The notes under the pieces are model-generated. The model did no database searches. It saw nothing but the letters and a program-made list of their open reading frames with translations, and was not told the origin of the DNA. A program made the position numbers and the translations under genes. DNA of 60,766 nt, filler included, from Globobulimina sp. (Eukaryota): assembly GCA_003354225.1 (NCBI GenBank). It is 18 parts of 18 records of this genome, joined end to end, with 100 filler letters (N's around TTAATTAATTAA, not from the genome) between each part and the next. Parts side by side here need not be neighbours in the genome. Positions count along the whole stretch, not along the records: positions 54,107 to 57,386 come from PIVH01003214.1; positions 57,487 to 60,766 come from PIVH01003215.1; 16 more parts are not named here. One strand, 5' to 3'. Positions 54,154 to 60,766 of this stretch are shown piece after piece (position 1 is the first letter of the stretch; each line of letters starts with the position of its first letter).

Positions 54154-57100
54154 TTAAAGTTGCAGTGGTTTTTTAGGACATTTATTCTTTAAATATAGAA
54201 ACCATTCAAAAAACTCTTTGTTCTCCTTCCTGTGTAACATCTCTTCCTTATAATTTTGCTTTGCAATCTCTTTTAGTTCTTGCGGATCTGTTGGTTTTTT
54301 AACCTCATCCTTGACCTCATCCTCATCCTTTTTCTCATCATTTGTAATATATTTTTGCTTAACTTTGACCACATCCACACCCAAAACGGGCTTCTTCTGC
54401 GACCGGCTCACAATGACTCTCGATGCATGATATCCGGGCCATATCGCTAATACAACCTTACCCGCAATTTCTGGCGTTTGTTTTGCATCAAATTTAGTGG
54501 GGATGGGCAAGTTTGCATTATTGCCTGTAATGCAGCCATATTTATTGTTTGCGCCCCAAATATAAAATTCAAATTGCTCCGTCATTGCAATATTATGATA
54601 TCCACCCACTTTAATATCGACAATGGTCAATTCTTTTAATGCATCGATTGGTTTTGGTTTAATCGAAGCTGTGGTGGTACCATCCCCACATTGATACGAC
54701 TCATTGGCGCCCCACGAATAACATTTGTTATTGGCATCTCTGGCAATATTATGATAGAAACCGCATCCAATTTGTATAATTTGTATATCATTTTCAGCAA
54801 AATATTTTACAATTTGCGGCACGTCTTTGTTATCATTTTTATGCCCATGGCCCAGCTGTCCATAATTATTCCTCCCCCACGACCAAACTTGTCGTTCCTC
54901 GTCAATCGCAATCGAATGTCCTTCGCCACAACAAATCATAATCACCACCGAATCATTTAATGTATCAATTTTACGCACGGTTTCGGCTGTTTTTGGTTCT
55001 GCACCAAAGCCTAATCCGCCATGATCCGAAGCGCCACAAACATATAACTCGCCGTCAGCGGTTAAAAAGGTGGAGTAATAATAGGAACAGGCCACTTGGG
55101 TCACCTCCAAAGCATGCTCTTCAAAAAACGTTATTTTTGTATATTTATTTTTATTGCTCTTATCGCTAAAACCTAAATGGCATTTATTATTCAAACCAGT
55201 GCCATAGACCTGGCCGTCATGAGTCAACACAATATTATGATCCGCGCCGATACAATGAGATACATCCTTGACTTTCAGTCCTTGTTTGGGAAAGAATGGG
55301 TGCATTTGCGCAGAGGTCACTTGTGACGATGTGTGACCTAAACCAAGTTGACCTACATTATTATATCCAGCCACATATAACGAGCCATCACCGCAGATAT
55401 ATAATGAAAATTGATAACCACTGACAACCTTGCAAATATCCAACGGTTTTGCCCAGGCGTGCAAGGTTAGTTTGGTTTGTGTGGTCGTGGTGCCATTGCC
55501 TTGCTCGCCTTGGCCATTGGAGCCGATGGAGTACATAATACCGGCTTCATTCCCATAAATCTGTTTGATGTTTCTTAATTCATCGGGTAAGGGCGGCATA
55601 TCTACTTTCAATGGGGGCAACAACGACAATCGCGATAAAAATGCATTGTTATAATCGATTTCTTCCGAGACTTCAATAGTACCATTCATTATTACAGTGC
55701 CATAGATTTCAAATCCACTGCAGCATAAATACCAATGTTGATTGTCATTGGCGCCAGTCATTCGAATGCGAAATTGTGTGTAATACCGTGTGGTGGAGAC
55801 ATTCCATGTCACTGCTTTTCCCTTTTTATTTAATTTTGTATCCTTGACATGCGACGAGATTAATGTCCACGTAATACCATCAATGCTGCCTTCAAAATCC
55901 CAGGATCGCAAACATTCACAATCCCAGGATTCGTAATGTCGCAATGTATATCTATTGGGACAGATTTGGGTGGTACCAAAATCGATGCATATCCACGAAT
56001 GTTCTGGTTTTTCATCGGTTAAACAGCGAACTACATCTCGGCCTACAATGGCGGACAATGGCTTCGAATCGGTTTTAATGGATGATGCAGTCACCTTAAT
56101 TTTATTGGATGATACTGGATTTATCCATAGATCCACGCCCCAATTCGTTGCAATATTATACACCACACCATTTGTATCCAAATCATGCGTATAAATACAG
56201 GTTCGGGAAAGATCAGATGCCTCTTTCTTTTTTTCTTCCGGTGCTGGCTCATAACTTTTTTCATCTGTTACAGTCTCTGTGGCAGTGTTATTTTTCTCCA
56301 CTTTCAATCTCTTTTTTTCTTCCATTAATTTTTTAATATCTTCTGGTGGATTGGTAGCAGAATATAAATCCACTAAACATCCTTTCGTCACTACCTGGTT
56401 TCGGCGTGCTTCTTTTTTTAGAATTAAACTAAAATATAATTCCGCGATGGCTTTATTATTTCGCAATGGTTTGGGGATTTTCTTTAAATCTCTTTCCAAC
56501 ACAGCAAATACAATTTTATCTGCGTTAATAACATTGGCAGCCGCAATGGCTACAGAACCTAATTCATTTTGTTTAATATCTAAATGTAATAACACATAGT
56601 CTCCAATATATATCAGTTCTTGATCTTTGTTTTCTGGATTGTCATTGTCATAAATTTGATTGACGCGCAATGCAATCTCTCTTGAATTTGCACGCAAAAC
56701 AATATGATCTCCAAAGTCAAGATTTAAACTATTTTTAACGGAGGAACTGATCTTACAACAAAATGATTCAATGCTGCCGTCATATTTGGCAGTTAAATGA
56801 ATTAAATTACCGTCAGATAATGATTGAGAAAAGGTTTCAATATTAAATTGTAACAATGCCCATAATGCAGCAAATAAATTATAAAAAAACCAAATTTGTT
56901 GGTTTTGTTGACTGTTGTTAGATGGCGATCGCTTTTGAAAGGATTGTTTAAATTGATTCCATGCGTTGTGTAACAAATTAATCATTAATCGCAACGATTT
57001 CTCATCCTTAACTTGGAAGTATTTGGTCCATTCCACCGTTAATTCTGCTTTTTTCTCATGCAATAATAATAACGTAGATACAAATACATTTAATAATTTC

Positions 57101-57386
57101 GCTATTTTTACATTTTCACCTAAAATCTGCCAAATTACGTTATCTTTCCATAATAATTGCTTGGTGGCAGTCGGTGGCCATTGCACTAACTCCTCCATAC
57201 AGGTTAACTTATTATTTTTCGGATCGATGTTTAAAATCCTTTGTAAAATGCCATTCTTTTCATCAAAATTCCAAACCGAATTAATACCACTGTCAAAACA
57301 GGATATCTTCATAGCTCTGTATTGTAATTTTTTCATAATGACAATATTCGCTGATTTCATCCTCGATAATTCCGCTTCAATGCGCA
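54154..57386 (-). CDS. Large multidomain protein: CDC48-N-like region, HECTD1-type discoidin/SUN-like domain and RCC1 propeller; 5'-truncated
   Basis: YTHDLDTNGVVYNIAT..WINP..SWICIDFG..YTLRH..LRSWDFEGSIDG..SGFEIYG; about seven RCC1 repeats (GYNNVGQLGLG, WGRNNYGQLGHG). Confidence 0.85.
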
Positions 57387-57486
57387 NNNNNNNNNNNNNN
57401 NNNNNNNNNNNNNNNNNNNNNNNNNNNNNNTTAATTAATTAANNNNNNNNNNNNNNNNNNNNNNNNNNNNNNNNNNNNNNNNNNNN

Positions 57487-59501
57487 CCATTGCAAATATT
57501 TAATAAGCCGTTATTGTGTGCGACCCATTTTTGTTTGGAATATAATGTGGCGATCAATTTGCTGGCCCGAATGTGTACATCCATCCATTCGTAGTGCGAG
57601 ATGGCACAAATGTTATTATTTAATAACTCTTCTTTTAAGCAATTATATTTTGCCTTCACCAGCCGAACATTATCGTTTTTCTTTTTATCTGTTTCTGTTT
57701 CGGTTTCGGAGTCAGACGAATATACAAAAAATACGCCGAAATTTAATGATTTAAACTCGTTATCATCGCCAACATTGGTTACAAATTTGTCTTTCATCCT
57801 ATTCTGCCTTCCATCCTTTTCATCGATGTCAGTTTCATCAATTTCAATATCAATGTCATTCTCTCCGTTATGCGTATTATGCTCATCGTGATGCATCAGA
57901 TACGAATGTATCACATCGAGTGTTTGTATCATTGCAATTTCCTCACTTTGATGCATTCCGTAGTACAAATTCTTTCTTCTTCCAACTGCACCACATTCGC
58001 CACGATCTCTATCATTTCTGCTGTACATTACACATTTTGACTTTGTATCATTACAACACCCCACATTTTTGCAAATATATTGCCATATTTTATCATCGTC
58101 AATGTGCACCAATTTTATATGGAAAAAATCATTTAATATGGCATTGGTATATTTCATTTGTTTCATCACTGACAACATGGACTCTTGCTAGGTATAGTTA
58201 ATTATATCAGTCATTATATTTGCAGCAAAGGTACATTTACAGAGATTCAGAGAGCATATGGTCGGATATTATGTCATGTACAGTTGTTTCTGCACAAAGT
58301 ACAGACAATATGTACATTGACAGTAACATTATGTGTATACATAAAATCATACCCAGTGATGCGGATATTTTGCGCTCCAAATTTTGTATATTTTCAACAC
58401 ATTTGTTATACGATTCAAACATGGACACGCCGGGTAACTTTGGCAGTCACTTTGTGCGGCTTCGTACTCCATAATCACACCATTCTTATCATCCAATATA
58501 TTGCTCATCCATTGCTTTAGAATATCGCCGCACGCAGCGGCATCGCCATAGTTATAGTTGACGCGAACAATATTATCCGTAGCATGCATATGTAACTGCG
58601 ATATTGGCAATTCATCCTGTAATAATTTAATATTTTCAGTACTATTTGGATTATTTTGCGCTAAAAGGTAAGCTTTGTCGAACATTGCTTTTGCTTTCTC
58701 AAATTGCTGCAGTTCCATATAGGCATTGCCCGCATTGAGGTGTGCTTTTATTGATTGTGGCTGAATATTTATGCATTTTGTCGCCAAATCAATAACATTT
58801 TCATAATGTTTGAGTGCCAGATAACAATCAGACTTTTTGATGAATATTTTGTATAAATCTGGCGTTGTGGGGTTCGATTTAAATGCAATGGATTGATCTA
58901 AAAACAATAATGCTTTGCTATAATCTTTATCTTGTATGGCTTTTATTGATTTATCGTATAATATATCAGAGAGATATAGCGACATTGAATTGGTATTTAA
59001 TAACTTATGGATTGTTTTTGTCACTCTTTGATCGGATATCATTGTAAATAACATGACATTTATTTTACTTTGAAACTCGCGATCATCTTTATACGGTTTA
59101 ATGTCATCATCACTTATCATTTCATTCCAACATTGATTGATTATTTCAGTATATACAGCATCATCAATATGCAGCCAATGCAATTGATCACGCAATGAAG
59201 AATCTAAACGAATCTCATCATTCTTACTATTATTCGCATGTAGCATCTCTTTTATTGCGCCATGGATCTTGACACCTTTCCCATGTGCAATATTACACTC
59301 TTCTTTTAATAATTTACAGAATTCGTTGCTATTTAATGAAACAAATGTACTGTAATCTAGATTTGGAATAGCTATCATATTCTTGTTGTTATTGTTATGA
59401 TTTTTACTTATGTTCATTTCCGCAGATATACATTCCGTTAAAATCATCCTAAAATTTACGTTTACGTTATTGTTGGCTTGTTTTGGAGGTTGCGCTGCCA
59501 T
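57487..59501 (-). CDS. TPR-containing hypothetical protein, intron 58188-58352, 3'-truncated
   Basis: Three TPR-like units (DYSKALLFLDQSI; YENVIDLATKCI..P; AHLNAGNAYMELQQFEKAKAMFDKAY); a phase-0 intron joins PHHW-QESML. Confidence 0.72.
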
Positions 59502-60094
59502 CTTCACTTAGGTCGGTTAGTGAATAAATGTTTTTGAGTAAGCTTTGATATGGCATCACGTTAAATTGAGAAACGTGATTCCTGAAATGAAAGTGAAAGT
59601 GGCATAAATAAAAGTGCACTCCGTGGTCGTCTAGTGCACAAAAAGTGCACTCCTTCATTACATCATTACACAATGAACCAAGAAAAATACCATTTTTCAT
59701 GTATCCATATTTAACATCAACGGTCAATTTGCAGCACATTTATTTCATGGACTCCCATGAATTTATTTGATATGATTAAATATTGATATATCTACACGAA
59801 TTTTGGATTTGGACAGATTCACTTTCACCGAAAATTCTCAATTCGACGTGATATATAGAGAATAATTCATAATTCTGTCCAAAGACCCATATACTTGTTG
59901 AATATCCTGTATGATGAATATCCAAAGACCACTGCGAAAAAATATGATGAATATCCTGTAATGCTATTTAAGGGGAATAACAAATGCATGAGCTCTGTCA
60001 AAGATCAATAAAACTCAAAAACTTCACTCACTACTTAAGTGTTAATGTCACCTGAATCAAAGTCTCAACTTGAAATCAACCATATATCAACTGA

Positions 60095-60766
60095 ATGGCA
60101 TCAAAATTAGGTCACACTTTCAAATTTGGTACCAATCCCATTGTTTACCAAATCGATGATATAAACCCATCATCAAATTATTATAAATGCAAACAAATCT
60201 CCACAAACAACGACTTCCCATTACATATATACTTATCCTCCACCCAATTAAACCATGTCACACAGCATATACCCACATATACCAAAGGCACCACCTTCAC
60301 CATGGCCTCAAACCAATACAGCATCCAACACGTAAACGAAAAGCATGCATATTATGAATGCACCGCAAACACAACCGACCAGACCCAAAATACAATATAT
60401 TTAAGTTTTTCCCAATTAAATTTCGTCCAAATAACCTCTGAAGAGAAACAACTACAAACTGACGACATATCCCTCCAAGGCACCTTCACTTTGGCCGATG
60501 ATGACAACGAATCCATAGATTTTGCAAAGTTGTCCAAAATCTTGCCCTATTTTACCGATTTCATGTCTCGCAAAGAAGCCTCAGTCTTAAACCAAAATAA
60601 TTTCATAAACGACCCTCGCGGTTTTCTAAAAGCAATCCGCAACAAATATAACATTGCCCATCCACGCAAATTCAGCACCGATGAGGTGGAGGTCGTGCTG
60701 ATGTCGGGCGTGCAACTGCTCAAGGCGGACGCCGGCTGGTCGCGCCACGACGCCACCGACTCCGAG
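60095..60766 (+). CDS. Hypothetical protein absent from the ORF track (224 codons, open to window end) with an internal duplicated ~55-aa domain
   Basis: ATG 60095, MASKLGHTFKFG..., no stop before 60766. Confidence 0.7.
   Translation, partial: MASKLGHTFKFGTNPIVYQIDDINPSSNYYKCKQISTNNDFPLHIYLSSTQLNHVTQHIPTYTKGTTFTMASNQYSIQHVNEKHAYYECTANTTDQTQNTIYLSFSQLNFVQITSEEKQLQTDDISLQGTFTLADDDNESIDFAKLSKILPYFTDFMSRKEASVLNQNNFINDPRGFLKAIRNKYNIAHPRKFSTDEVEVVLMSGVQLLKADAGWSRHDATDSE

Noticed and set aside
5394-54156. Reassigned stop codons (TAA/TAG = Gln), suggested by in-frame stops at 6095 and 43262 and the open frame after TAA 54154
   Set aside because: Many 800-1000 aa ORFs are stop-free in the standard code and conserved genes end properly at TAA/TAG; isolated cases fit introns, mutation or chance

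Overview
This window is not one locus. It is 18 unrelated short contigs (3284 down to 3280 bp, sorted by length) joined by an artificial 100-nt spacer (44 N + TTAATTAATTAA + 44 N), so neighbourhood across spacers means nothing. The DNA is AT-rich, gene-dense and eukaryotic, uses the standard code, and has short GT-AG introns (mostly about 50-70 nt). Gene style (Asn-rich low complexity, RCC1/RGS/TPR/RING families, a ciliary CFAP58) suggests a protist, most likely a foraminiferan/rhizarian (inference). Recognisable genes: GMC oxidoreductase, Rab GTPase, NTAQ1, a degenerate SWR1-like SNF2 ATPase, an RBR E3 ligase with CCCH fingers, RCC1 proteins, a TerD-domain CAAX protein, an RNF126-like E3, a C8orf82 homologue, RAD1, a ZIP transporter, CFAP58, NAA35, a cationic amino-acid transporter, and an APE-RT-RNase H LINE with one premature stop. 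Most notable: (1) contig 33825-37105 begins and ends with the same 119 bp, so it assembles as a 3162-bp circle or tandem unit carrying exactly one spliced gene (TM + EF-hands + V8-like serine protease); (2) a repeat-rich contig with two nested 31-bp satellites with roughly helical periodicity beside a small C2H2 zinc-finger ORF; (3) a zinc-finger protein with tandem bacterial-type TrkA_C/RCK_C domains; (4) head-to-head gene pairs with only 52-73 bp between start codons. All domain calls were made by eye, without database searches.
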